A stretch of 64,000 nt of DNA from Bigelowiella natans CCMP2755 (Eukaryota > Protista > Cercozoa): contig ADNK01000870.1 in assembly GCA_000320545.1 (NCBI GenBank), positions 62,001-126,000 of the forward strand, written 5' to 3'. Positions 43,851-56,883 of the stretch are shown piece by piece. Made by a program: the position numbers and the translations under genes. The notes beneath the pieces are model-generated. The model saw only the letters and a list, made by a program, of their open reading frames with translations, was not told the origin of the DNA and ran no database searches. Position 1 is the stretch's first letter; every line of letters starts with the position of its first letter.

Positions 43851-46800
43851 TTAGCCCTGGATGCTGCGACGACCCCAATTATCCGGGACAATGTGTTGAA
43901 TATCCCATCTAAAGATCAAAACAGACTTAATATGTATGATTGTGTCTAGTTTTTCACATACTTACATCCATGGTTTATCGTTCCCCTCATATCGGATAGG
44001 AGGCAAAGAATATGGCAAAGGAAACCTAAATACGGTAATAGGATAACGTTTGCTTTTCCATTTTTGGAGATTTATTATAGTTAGTACTACTTTATGCTGA
44101 TTTCTCCTTTTGTGGGATTGGCGGCAGTTGTAACCATATTCTTTGAACTCGTCGAGCGTTTATTTAATGATGGTAGAAACAAGACCCCAAGCTCCTACGA
44201 ATACGCATTGTTACAAACACAACAGAAATGATGTGGCAATTATTCCTTTCAGTACCCAATGACGAATGAAGAACTGCAGACCAGACCTACCGTTCTGAAA
44301 CTCTCCCCAAGCCTGCATCATAAGTGAGTAGGTAATTTAGTACGCGCATCCAACATTAGCACAGGGAGAGACTAACCGCTTTGCTCAGATTATGACTTGT
44401 TAGAAGCATCCAGGCAAGCTTTTGGGGATTCTCTTTGCTATACCTAAGAAAACAGAAGATTCGCTGGTTAAGGTAAAATACTAACAGTAATTGGAGTAGC
44501 CATCACCGAAGGAAAGTTTTAATATGAGGAGCAGCCTTCCTGTTTTACAAACCGTAAAGTATCAGCCATACTACTATCCAGAGTTTGACAATGTCCACCT
44601 TCTATTGTGAACTTTATCTGTAGCCCATTTATGAAACATTCCTTGAAGAAATGGCTTAATAACGTTCTTTTCGTATCCTGGTATAGATCCACCAGCTGCG
44701 TAGCCTGCAAACAAAATCGCTCGAAATTATAGAGGAATACAAACCAGTCGTTGTCAGTACCTTCCAATGATGTTCTCACTTCTTCAACTGTTGGCCATAT
44801 TATTTGAAGTTTCTCCACTACAATAACAAACGGACATGGATAGGAGAAGTCTTATTGTAAAGAAGTGAATATACCACATAGATATAGGATGAAACTGTAT
44901 GAGAGACTAGGAGAAGGCGGCGGGTACCGGAAGAAATGTTCATCTTGGAATCCGCGCAATCATTAAGAGTCTGTTTCCCTGTTGATGTAAAAATAACCTG
45001 TTATTGGATCTCCAACATGATCTACTTCCCGATGTTGTTAATTGTTGGATAATCTCCGAATTTATATAGTTTATCAAATTTCGCCGCACCAGCACTCATT
45101 GACTTCTTGAAATCTGCCAACCATTTCTGACTGAGCGAACCTAAATTACAGATAGAAAATAATAATTGCCGATAATATCTATTTCATTCTTTATGATAAT
45201 ATTACTTCGGATGATAATATGGAAAATTGCTTTCGCATTCTGCTGAACTTACCGAGACTGGAAAATTGAGCCACTACATTAGATTCATCAAAATCAGATG
45301 AGAATTTCTCGTCTCCAAGAATGCCTTTAAAAGATTAAATGGTATAATAAACAACAACAACTTCAATTCAAATGAATTATATAACTTCTTAGCTTTGCAT
45401 GGCCAAATAAATGCAATTGATTTCCGCGATGCCAACCCGGGGCACTTCCTGCCAAATATAGCAGATCATTTTTATGGGGGTGGGGACAAGAAGGAGGAGG
45501 ATGGGGAGGAGGGGGAAGAAGAGAACTTACCTATCAGCCGTACATTTGCCTTGGAGTAATCATACCTCCTTAGACTATCCACTATGGACGACAACGAAAA
45601 TCGCTATCATTCAATGTCATATAATTTAGAGAATCAAGGTTTTGACCTGATAGTTGTCGGATTTTATCGTTATTCACAGGATCCCTCCAAGAGCTCCCTC
45701 TCCATCTTACCTATACAAATAAGCTATTTTGTCAAGTGACTGAAGTACTTCCCAGGTTGCTACTATCATCAACACTTTCCCTCTATCCCCGTCATAATCA
45801 CCATCAACATCAACATCATCTTAATCATCATCACCACGCACGCACCTTATATGTTGCCATGTATGTCATTAGATCCTCCTCGAAGTCTGAACAATTTGGG
45901 CTTCTTTCATTGCCTATCACTTGTTTTGACTGCTGCTGCTGCTTTAGAGGAAAATCCATTTCCCACGATCCTTGAGACTTGTTCCAGAAATCCCCTACGA
46001 ATAGTAAACTTATATAAAATTGTAGACCACGTTGTGAACAACTACAAAATTGTAGAAGAAGAAAGTTTTAAACGAAAACTTGTGGTGAAATAACAATACA
46101 GATTTCTCCGCCTCCTCCTCCTCTACCTGGTATAAGATTCGCAGTGTGGACAACAACACGTATTTCTGACAGAAGAGTAGTTAATAAATATTGAGAATGA
46201 TTTTTGATAGTGATGGTGTAGGTAGGAACGTTGATGTAGTAGTTCCAATAGCACTATAATGGTGGCTAGTTGTATTGAGCATTGGCAATTTCATATTGAG
46301 ATGCTAATAGAATATAGTTTTTGTTCTAATCATAGTACGGGGAGATAGAGATAGGAATAATAATGGTGTATCTAAGCAGGCAGCTACAGCAAATACTAAT
46401 TCAGAAAGGATAGGAACAAATAGGACAAAGTCGCAGGAAGCTGGAATCAGAGATAAAACATTATGGAAGCAACCAACCCCAAGAATTGTACGTGGGAACA
46501 ACTGTTTTGGTTAGCATTACTATCGGAAAACATTATATATCCTCCTATTTACAGAGAGGAGGCTAAGAAGAGTAAGGAACCTATGTATACCTATATATTT
46601 TCTGGTCTAACCCACCTGTAGCAAACCCAATGAGGAATGATTTCGTATGGAAGACTCCGTATCTATTTAGAGCAAAACTTGCTTCATATTCCCATAGTTG
46701 CGAACAATTATTTGAATAAATTGCTTCTTGTTTCACCTGATTCTATGTGTTTTCTCGGGTTCCATACAGAATGATTGGAAGTTTTCAGGTAGTTGAGACG

Positions 46801-49260
46801 GGATGATGTCGTCGCTCCTTCCGTGAAAAATCAATACCTTTCCGTAAAAACCGTATGTTTTAGAATATCGTATATAAAAAGGGAATCATTACGAGAAAAT
46901 AGAGAAAGAAAATTGCGCAGTCGCCCAATATTTTACCCTAGAAGTTATCCCACCACCATATTGTACTAGGAGAAGTGGAGAGTGAGGAGGGAGAGGAGGA
47001 GGAGGAGAGAGGGGGGATGGTGACGATGGGATCTAATAAGCAAATACCTTTGGAACGGCGTGCAATTCAGGCCATTGCTGAAGCAGCCAAGGGATATTTA
47101 TCTGAAATAGGAAGAAAGACCAACATTAGATTGATTTCTATTTAGGGGAGTACCAGTGTTTGTTGTTTATTACCATGTAATTGGCGATTATAACCCATTC
47201 TGGTTGAACAATGTCATCAGCACGAACCATGCCTCTCAAATCTACCGACATTTCCTGAGGCATTGTTAGAAGTATCACGTAGTTTATGAATGAGTACAAA
47301 CCACCGAATAATAAGAGTTCTTCACCATTACCATGATTACCACCACCACCACCACCACCACCATCATCATCATCATTATCCGTTCGTTCAAATTAGTAGT
47401 CAGTTTAAAAAAAAATGAATTCTGTGGTGCTACTCTCCTGTGTACAGCAGTAGTGCGAACAAATATTTCACTCTCCTCCGTTTCACCATGGTGGATTCAA
47501 TATTTTCCTTCTCCCTAGACTTCCATACATTTGCTGATGGAGGAAGTCCGTGCTTACGGCTCAGTTTGAGCAATCGAAAAGTGCCAGCACTAGAAGCAGC
47601 AGGAGTAGTTTCAGTAATTGAAGGAGTAGTAGTAGCGATGGTTGAGTAGCTCAAGTCCTCCTTCACATCCTGGGCCGAAACTTTATCTGATGATCTCTCT
47701 TTTTTATTCGCACCTTGGCTTGCAGAAACGTTCTCGATCTCAATATATTGTCGTTTTCTAGGGGGTAATAATCAAACAATATATTCGCATAAATGATCAG
47801 GAGAGATTCACTTGAAAGACTAACAGCGTAATCAGTGTTTAAACAGTAGGTCGAAGTGTTTAATTGTAATTCCCTCCCTATTTTTCCTTCACCTGGATCC
47901 AGATACTGCCTTTCGTCGTTGAGCGATCTTTCCTCTGTCGCTGTCAGGGTAGTCGTTGCTACTGGTACTAGTACTGGTCTCGTGAACAACCGTAGTAGTA
48001 GCACTTTGATCGTCCGGAAGGCTAGTAGCAGTATCTCTGCGAGCAGCCCGATTCACAAGGGAATATAACTGACCTACACGATCTGCTGTCTTGTCATCCT
48101 TGTATTCATAATAATAACGGTCAAAATATAATAATGAATACGAACACAAACACAAACAAAAGAGGAGGGGGGTGAGCACAACTGCTGCTACTGCTGCTGA
48201 TACCATTACGATGTGCGCAAACAGTAGCAACACTAGTAAGCAGTGGTGATATCATAAATAAAACTCGCTTATAATTATTATTCTACTTTGTACTACTACT
48301 GCTACAACTACAACCACTACTACAATTCTTACTACCGTGCAGACAGAAATTAGCTTGAAACCTTCTTCATACCTTGGTACCACCTATGTAAAATAAAAAG
48401 CGATTGAGACAGAGAGCGCGAGAAATAGAAAGGTTCGAAGAGAAAGAACTTCTCAATGTATGAGGGCGACAAAGAGGAAAGTTCCACTGAAACTGCAATC
48501 AACGCGTAATGGGTTGTTGTTATTGTTCTTCTCAAAAAATTTTGTAGAACAAAAATATTATCAAGGAAAAAATACTAGGGTTCTTGTGCTATGCGGCTGC
48601 TGATTGTTACTACATCAGTATTATTAGGATTTAGTGTCACTACTAATTAGCATTCACTATCACTGTTCAGGATATAGAAACAACGAATGGATGTCACAAA
48701 AAACGAACCAATTTAGCATGAGAGAGGCGCGACAATTGAGCGCCTTTGGGACCAAAAACAGCATGGTTTTTCCTTGTCAATACTCGGTTAGATGCTAGAA
48801 CAGCGGATGGCAGCAAGACCTAAGATTTAGATATAAAAGAAGCACCAAATTCGGTAGTATAACCTTTTCTTGATTATTGAATCTAATCTCGTTTTAAACT
48901 TTGATATCACAGTCGATGTTGATCAGTCACTACCACAGCATGGCACTTCACATTCAGATCTTTGGCAATCTTCAAGAAAGGAAGTCTCTACGAAAAATAT
49001 GAATACAATACGAAGTCAGTTACCTCTACCGTTTTGTTTCAACATTTCTCCTTCACTCCCCACCCACCTGTGATGGAACTAAATGCATCCGGTCAATCAG
49101 AACGCTACGCCCTTCCATGAGAGCATTCTTTGCTCTTTTCTAATATTCAACGTGTATTAACAAAGATAGTCGTCAGATTGGTGCGCTTGCGGTAAATGGC
49201 TATTATATTGTACTAAATCGACTTAAAATACAACCACCACAGCCACAATCACTACCACTA

Positions 49261-49295
<35 letters not shown>

Positions 49296-49532
49296 GCACC
49301 TACTACTTCCGTGATTTAATTTAAATGCTGCGTCACTATTACTGCTACGACTACCAAGCACATCTCTATAGTGCCTCTGTTCCCATTTCTTATAGTATCC
49401 TAAAAAATATGTAGCACTATAATGATGATGATGATGATAATGGTGGTGGTGGTGGTGGTGATGATGATGCACTAATATTATGATAGAGCAGTAAATGTAC
49501 AATCAGACATTACTATTTCTTATTTCCACCTT

Positions 49533-49566
<34 letters not shown>

Positions 49567-51634
49567 CTGATTAATCTGAACCCATCCTCCATCTTCTTCC
49601 TCATTTGATTTAATCATTTTTAGGCAAAATGTGGATTTACCCGCACCCTGCGGCCCGCACATGATAACCATCAAAGGTCCTTTTAGTCTAAGTTTATTTC
49701 AAAGGTGGGGTTGCAAGGAAAACAATCACAAGCAAAACTTCCAGGAAACAAATATGGACATGCCTTCTTCCGTAAAGCATGCCTCGCTCAAGTGTTGCTC
49801 TGGAGTCCTTCTCGAATGCCCTTAGAACTTCGACTCGATTATCCACTTTGCTTTCTCCAAAACATTCTTCAGGGGTTAAAAATCTACAAGGAAAAAAGGA
49901 GAGATCAGCTACTACAATTGTAGGTATGAAAGCTTAGAAAAATGAATTAACGAAGAGCAATCTCCTTAGTTGTCTTAATAGTAATAAAGATTTTACTTAA
50001 TTCCCACAGATTCTGCAAACTTCCGATCCGAATCGCTGATATTGTTAGTTTGGATCATTTTAAATGAAATTCATTGCAACGTCACGAGTACTGTTACTAC
50101 TACTACCACCTATGGTCCTGACGTCGACCAGCTGCATCTCCAACGAACAAGCTCAACGACTTATCGAGAAGAATTTGGGGTTGGTGAGCAACATCGTCAC
50201 CTAACTTATCACGTCTTTTTTCCATTATATCCTTCATTTTCTGCCACATCCTTGTACCTATTCCCTGTCAGCATAAGCTTTCTGTTAGGCACTAGGTGCA
50301 CAATCGTGGGTACCATCACCTACTTTACGGAAACTATCCTTTTGGGTCGCCATGAAAACATCAACGGGGACTTCCAAACGTCGAATAGTCTGAAGGAAAG
50401 ATCGATTTACTGTGAAGAGATTAGGGGGGTGGTTTGAAAGGAAACCTGCTCTATTGCCCATTTTACTGTGCTCGCTCGTTTTCCTTGATGTGCACCCTTA
50501 ATTCCATTTTGATTTGTAAATATTACAATCCCGTAGCCGTCTGCAAAGAGGCGCCGAATCTGTACCGAAATTATAAGAAGCTCTTACTACTCCATATTGA
50601 ACGCTATTACTACGTAGAATTATCCCACAACATGCTCGCAATCAAATCAAATGCACAGTAGAACACCTTTTGGATCACCACATTTGTGGGGAAAATGTAA
50701 TCCGATTTTTGTAGTGCCATAGAGGACCCTCCACGCGCATGAACCAAAGTCCTTTTACGTAGTTTAACAAACATAAAGATCAAATCTCTTACTATGAACA
50801 CGACTAAAGATCACCACCCGTCGAAATCGAAGCCTGCTATCTTCGATTGAAATACACCGTGTTTAAGATAAAGGAGACTGTTTCCTAGAGATTTCCAAAC
50901 GAAAGCATTGGGACGAAATTTTTCATGGACATCTAAGGGCCCCAAGCTTTTTGCAGCAGCTTTGCTTTGAAGATTCTTGGTTTGGATATGTACGATTCCC
51001 TCAGGTATTGTACCTTGGAGACCTTTTATGAGACTGAATGGTAAGCATCATTATTCTGACAAAACTGAAAATGAATTCACCTATCTTATCTCCATGCTGT
51101 AATTGTATCGTCTCACCATGTTTAACCTTATAGCTGAAAAGCATTGGAGTAAAATAAAACATTGCAAAAGACGATGTTAAAAAATCTACTGCTAGAAGTA
51201 AACTTAAGCTTACGTTTTGCCGCCACGAAGTACGACTGTTGGATTTGTCTTTGATAGTGTCTCGACCTGGAGAATTTGTACGACAAGGTCAGCTGACATT
51301 TTGTTGCGAGCTTGGGGAATACCAGTCAACCTTTGCACCACAATTTTCTGCAGCCTTAATTCGGCACTGAGTAGAATTTTGCGCATATTATTGGTCAATC
51401 TCTGGTCGATCGCGAATTCAAAAGCACCTTAGAAATTTTTACTTCAGATACCTGCGTTTTGCTAACAAAGAAGCTCCGAGTTAGATGATCGGCCCTTCCT
51501 AACGTTCTTTCTGTCCCGGGTTGCATGTGGACACGTGAGCCGCACGGTAGTAAGAGAAGAACAGCAACAAATGGAGATGACAGCTTATCATCTTTCGTTT
51601 GATCCGAAGCCATTGCCGTTAAGTGAGTTGCCAT
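43851..51634 (-). CDS. FHA + polynucleotide 3'-phosphatase + 5'-kinase (PNKP-like) + tyrosyl-DNA phosphodiesterase 1 fusion
   Basis: FHA (LGR..SKTQ, NPT); HAD motifs KIAGFDFDG|TLV, VIFTNQNGI, FVGDAAGR, DSDRKFA, FLTPEECF; P-loop GPQGAGKST, NQ|DT, VLIDR, EGF; TDP1 motifs ANYM, FHTK, HTANL, QFSSL, WPTVEEVRTSLEGY, PHIKT, SHNLSKAAWG, ELGVLF. Confidence 0.85.
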
Positions 51635-52092
51635 GCTTTTCGCCTGGACTCGTTGGTGCTATATTCAGCTTCTCAAGATAGATGCAATCAAACCATCCTC
51701 ATCATCATCATCATCATCTTCTTCTTCTTCTGCATCACATTCATCCCCTCCCTCGTTGCCAGTGGTGAGGTGGCGATCTCGATTTTGGATAAAGCATCTG
51801 ATTGATGAATGACATAGGGGATTTTTTGTTGTCGTCAAATCAAATGGATTGTCTTACAACAGAAAACTGAGAACATAGTTTGTTATGAGCACCCGTTGAA
51901 CGCCTTCCTAATGCTACATTCCGTCATGTGGGAGGGTAAAACATCTTTGACACCCATGTCGCAGTGTATAAATGACCTACATTGCTCAAAGTTCTTTCGA
52001 TGGCTGTCGACGTGACCTCAACCAGAGCATGCATGCATACTTTATTAGATACATGATCAAATGACACCGCTGCTTGCTTCAGAATAGTGCAT

Positions 52093-53604
52093 ATGATGAT
52101 GCAGATGATCATACCGGGCAGAGTGATAGTATTAATTGCAATTTTTGGCTTGGTGGTAATCCAACCCCAGCTAAAGACCCCCCTGAAACACGGAGGCGGA
52201 ACATTTCCTATCAGAAGACAACAGCATTCATCTTTCTTGCAGCCTTTTCATTATACACACTGCTCTGGGACGATGACAGTGGTGGAAAATCGAAGAAGAA
52301 GAAGAAGAAGGAGTGAACTTATTGAGGTAATGAGTTTCAAAGGAGATGAGGGTATCTCGGAGAACGATGGATCTCGTGATGGACGAGCGAGACAGCTACG
52401 AAGGCTATCCAGGAAAGATCCCGAGAAAGTTCGATTATTGTTTCTACCTTTTATTCACTGTTCTTCCCCTTCCTAATGTGTACATTGTTCAAAGACTTTT
52501 TTTGGTATCGTATGATTTAGGTTGTCGAGTTATTGATTGAGGCGCTGCACACCAATGTCTATAATGATGGTATTTACACACACCGTGCGTGCACACAAAC
52601 GTACCATGATGTATATCAATTGACTGTGATCTATTTTATTAGGATACAGTGTATTATATGCATCATGTGATGTCTGCGTCTTGACAACTTAACACCAGGA
52701 ATAATCATACCCCTTTCTCATGAATAAAATCAGGCAATATTGAACCATACGAGTGTGTAACCCAGAAACATCTCTCAATTGGGAACGACAGCATTGTCTA
52801 GATATACATTAGGACGAGGAAAGCAAGATGCATACAAATACATCACAGAGACTAACAAGCTAATGACAGGTGCTCGAGGTCACATTGTTCTCCGTTTTAT
52901 TATCTTTCTGTTAGGGCTGACGACGGTCTCGCTCTCCTTTATTCATTCTCGACGATTGATCCTTGGTTTACCTTCTAGCTTCAAGGGTCATTCTAGCTTC
53001 GCTTACGCTTAATATTCTGAAAGGAAGCCTTCGGAATACTTTGGTGTACGACGTGACTTAGGGCAATTTGAAAGATTTCGGCTAATGATGTACAGGTTGT
53101 GTATCCGCACTTCTTTCCAAATACGATTCATCTAATTACTTCCTTTTAGTGACCCGTTCAAGCATTTAATCAATCACAAGGATTGTGATGTAGTAGCTTC
53201 GGCAAGACCAACGGTTATTTAACTGATGAGAATCGTTGATGCAAACCTTTGATCCATATATGTAATATTTGTAGAGAAGGCATTTTGTATCATTGCTTCG
53301 AGTTACACCGAAGGTAGATCCATTTTGCGCATATTTAATGGAGACATTTTAATTTTTAATGTTTGTATCGTTCAGGATGACCACGATGACAAATGTGAAA
53401 GGAAAAAACGCTACTTTTTCTTTCTATCTCTTCGGCAACAAAAAGAGGGACCACATCGTGGCCGCTGGGTAAGTTCTACTTCACACAAATACATGTAAGT
53501 TGGCGTATGAGATGACTTTTGGTCTGCTTTGTTTCGGAACATCTCAGATGCCTGAGAAACTATTTCCAACTACACATCCTGAATCTGATCCAGCATGGAT
53601 GTAG
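52093..53604 (+). CDS. Conserved hypothetical protein, putatively plastid-targeted
   Basis: Hydrophobic N-terminus followed by an Arg-rich leader; DPEK|VVELLIEALHTN and YFFFLSLRQQKEGPHRGRW|MPEK recall an algal/cyanobacterial hypothetical family (from memory, unverified). Confidence 0.5.
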
Positions 53605-53619
53605 TAGTGGACAGAGTAT

Positions 53620-54090
53620 ATACCTTTATGTGACATGATGATACCATTTTTCACATGTGGGACAATTGCTCGATTCTTTGCAATGTGACCTGTGACGGTG
53701 CTCGCACAGTCTCGCACAGTTTCCACACGTTGTGCACGTCTAGACGTGCTATATGCATGGGCATGTGATGTGAAATTCTGCGTACCGTTGAGTCAATCAC
53801 TTCATGCACATGGTGCGCGCGCTACGTGTGCATCGCATAGCGTATGAGAGCACGTCACTGTTTTTTTGCCACACGGTGATGCATGTCACACATGCACTGT
53901 GCACATTGCACACCTAGCTAGCTAGCCCGTCGATCTGCATCGCAGCATGTGACAAGCAGTCTAGCAGTGTTCGCAGCCCATGCCCAACATTTCAAGCATG
54001 CGCATGCAGTGTGCACCACATCATGTCTAGATGTGCGTGAGCAGCACATGCCATGCTAGCATGTAGCACACTGCTACATGTGGCGATCGC
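53620..54090. other. TpA-depleted island
   Basis: catg/tgca/ctag-rich; contains gcacgtctagacgtgc. Confidence 0.75.
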
Positions 54091-54387
54091 TATAGGTCGT
54101 CAGGGGACCAGAACGAACCCACCTGTGGGAGAGATGCCATTGATGCTTCTGACGCTCCTCTGTCGGAGACACTCCTCTGTTGGAGCACTGTGGTTGTGGA
54201 TTAGTCAAACGCATCAATTGAGGCAATCAGATCCATTAATTGAAGAAAACATGTGCCATTTTGTTCTTACGACAATGGTGATTAGACTCCCAACAAACAA
54301 GAATGTCAAGAACTCTTCGTAACAGATCTAATTGTTGCCATCAGAATATCCTCATAGCTCGACGTTTATTTCCAAGGAGGCATCCCG

Positions 54388-55665
54388 ATGGGAAGGGCAA
54401 AGGAAGCGCCAGAGGGAGTGTTAGTTCCCTTGTGGAGGTTTCTCTACGCTCCATCATCAACCCCATATGCATTTATGTGGATGATCGTGATGATGGCAGT
54501 AACGATTGGTTCTGTCGTCGCGACAGTCGCATGCTCTATCCCCCCGGAATATGTAAATCGTTCGAATTGGGAACTTGCAGACTCCATTTTCAACTGGATA
54601 TACACAGGAGAACTATTCCTAATCGTTGTTGCCTATATCAAGAATCCAAAATTAATGATGTATGATTGGATTATCTATTGCGAGTTTTTGACTCTGATTC
54701 CATTTTGGATCGATGAGGCTGTGAGGCATAATGCGGAGGACGACCGACCACTCGGTCCTATGGAGTCCTTTCGTATGTTGCGATTGTTGCAGCTAGCAAG
54801 ATACTATGATGGCATCGAACTGGTACTCGGATCAGTAAGACGCAGTTTTTTTGCGTTGTTAGTGCCACTGTGCTATCTGTTCATCGCTGGCCTCTTCTTC
54901 GCCCAGCTAATATTTGAAGTAGAGCGTAAGGAGAATCCCGACATTAATTCAATACCACAAGCTTACTACTTTATCATAATCACGATGACTACTGTTGGCT
55001 ATGGAGATGTCAGTCCCGTCACTCCCTTAGGGAAGGCTATTGGGTGCTGCGTGGTCCTGTTCGGAATTGTATTCTTAGCACTTCCACTTGCTGTAGTAGG
55101 TCAAGAATTTCTCGATTCATGGGAAGCTAAAAGCCTGGAGCGTATTAGTCGGAGAGTAGGCCTTGCTATGGAAGAGAAATCAATGTCCAACACAGAATTC
55201 GTCCAGCAACTAACTTCAAAGTCCCAGGATGGAATCTTGATTGATAAGTCCGCTCTTGAAGAATTCATGATACAGATTGGCGTATCCCTAACTCCGCGAC
55301 AGCTTTCGAAACTCATTGAATACCTGAAAAGTGGATCTTGTGAACCTGTAAAGGTTGCACATTTAGCTGAAACTCTGTTGCAGGGTTGCCCCGACTACTT
55401 TGCAGTCGTTGGCGGTAGGAAAAAAGAAAAGCAGGGGAAGCATTATGTGCTCATGTTAGATGAGAAAGAGAATGGTGGCGGCGAAACAAGGAATGGTAGC
55501 TCCTCTGTATATGACAAATTTCCGAACAAGGGGTATTCGAAAGAAGTGACTGGAAAGCTTAACAGTTTGCTAGAGGCTCAGGTTCGCTTCGAAGTTGCAC
55601 TTAAAGACATGAAGAGACTTACGAGCGCTCTTTCCCAGGAAATTGCCGCCGCAGGCACAAAATAA
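54388..55665 (+). CDS. Voltage-gated-type (6TM) potassium channel, intronless
   Basis: TMTTVGYGD filter, S4-like FRMLRLLQLARY, S6 LALPLAVV; single 425-aa ORF. Confidence 0.92.
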   Translation: MGRAKEAPEGVLVPLWRFLYAPSSTPYAFMWMIVMMAVTIGSVVATVACSIPPEYVNRSNWELADSIFNWIYTGELFLIVVAYIKNPKLMMYDWIIYCEFLTLIPFWIDEAVRHNAEDDRPLGPMESFRMLRLLQLARYYDGIELVLGSVRRSFFALLVPLCYLFIAGLFFAQLIFEVERKENPDINSIPQAYYFIIITMTTVGYGDVSPVTPLGKAIGCCVVLFGIVFLALPLAVVGQEFLDSWEAKSLERISRRVGLAMEEKSMSNTEFVQQLTSKSQDGILIDKSALEEFMIQIGVSLTPRQLSKLIEYLKSGSCEPVKVAHLAETLLQGCPDYFAVVGGRKKEKQGKHYVLMLDEKENGGGETRNGSSSVYDKFPNKGYSKEVTGKLNSLLEAQVRFEVALKDMKRLTSALSQEIAAAGTK

Positions 55666-55795
55666 TAGTATTGTTCACGTATGAAAATGACAAAATATAT
55701 CCTTCAAAATTTCCGTTGTGACGCTAGATTAGTGCAATGTAAAAATAGAATAGACAAAGTGCTGATACATAAGAAATACATGTGTCTCCGTATAA

Positions 55796-56299
55796 CGAGA
55801 CGGTTGCAATGAGTTAATTATTTTTTTTCAATTATCATTCTAATGTAGCTGTGCTACAGACACACCGCACGCGTGTACACACACTACGTACACGCATTCA
55901 CATCACAGCCACATCAGCGCTGTATGCGCATCACATGCATTTTTATATGTCAGACAATACACTGTCGCCTATAACATGTGAGATGGTGGATGCATGCAAT
56001 GAAAACAATTGCATTTTTCAACAGTCATCCCAATATAGCTCATCCATGGCACATGTGAATCAGACAATGAGTCTTTATTGTGAGGAAATTGCGCATCGAG
56101 ACACTGTGGCATTGTCATCCAAAGCGCGGTGCGCCATGCAATGCCAGGATGCTACGCTGACGCATTCTCCAACATGAAATGCACAGTGGCAGAAGCTAGA
56201 ACGCAATTCAAGCGCATATAGCCGCCGCTCTGCACAAACATTAGGATGACCATTGAGAACATTTAATCTATTTATTATTATGAATCAGATCCCGTCTCG
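55796..56299. mobile_element. MITE-like structure: two inverted copies of the dispersed repeat flanking ~370 bp of TpA-poor DNA
   Basis: Reverse copy at 55796-55854 (cgagacgg...taatgtagct) and forward copy at 56221-56299 (...ttaggatg...ccgtctcg); no clear target-site duplication. Confidence 0.45.
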
Positions 56300-56883
56300 T
56301 GGTTATATGGTCACGTGAAAAAACAAGTCTCCACAATCCACAATGTGTGCACACATCTTGCTGTGCATTGACAGACTTATGGACAGATTCTATCTGTGCC
56401 ACATCCGTCTTACATGGCGCATGCGTTGCTAGCATGGATATGGCGTGGGTAACTGCGTGCATCGCACGCACACGTATACATAAGCACATTCGCAATTCAT
56501 CAAGACTTGTGGCGCGCGGCGCCTGTGTGATGTGAGCACGTGGGCTCCATCTTGCATGTTCAATTTGCGAGTTGCCGATTCCAAAAGCGATTTTTGTGAC
56601 AAATTTAAAATGAAACGGAAGCCGGTTGAGACACCTACACACATGGCGATGGGCTAGCTGATTGTGTGCGTTATTGCATCTTAATGCGTGTGAACAGTTC
56701 AATGAACATCTTAGCTTTGCGACCCCGTACATTCCATATACATCATGTATAAAATGTACATGTGTCCATGGTGTGCGTAGGTAGTATTTACACTCAATCG
56801 TCAACAGACGCAATAGCACAATCTGAAATTGTATTCTAGACTAATCTCTTTGCCTTGGTCTACTTCTCTTTCGGACCACTGAT

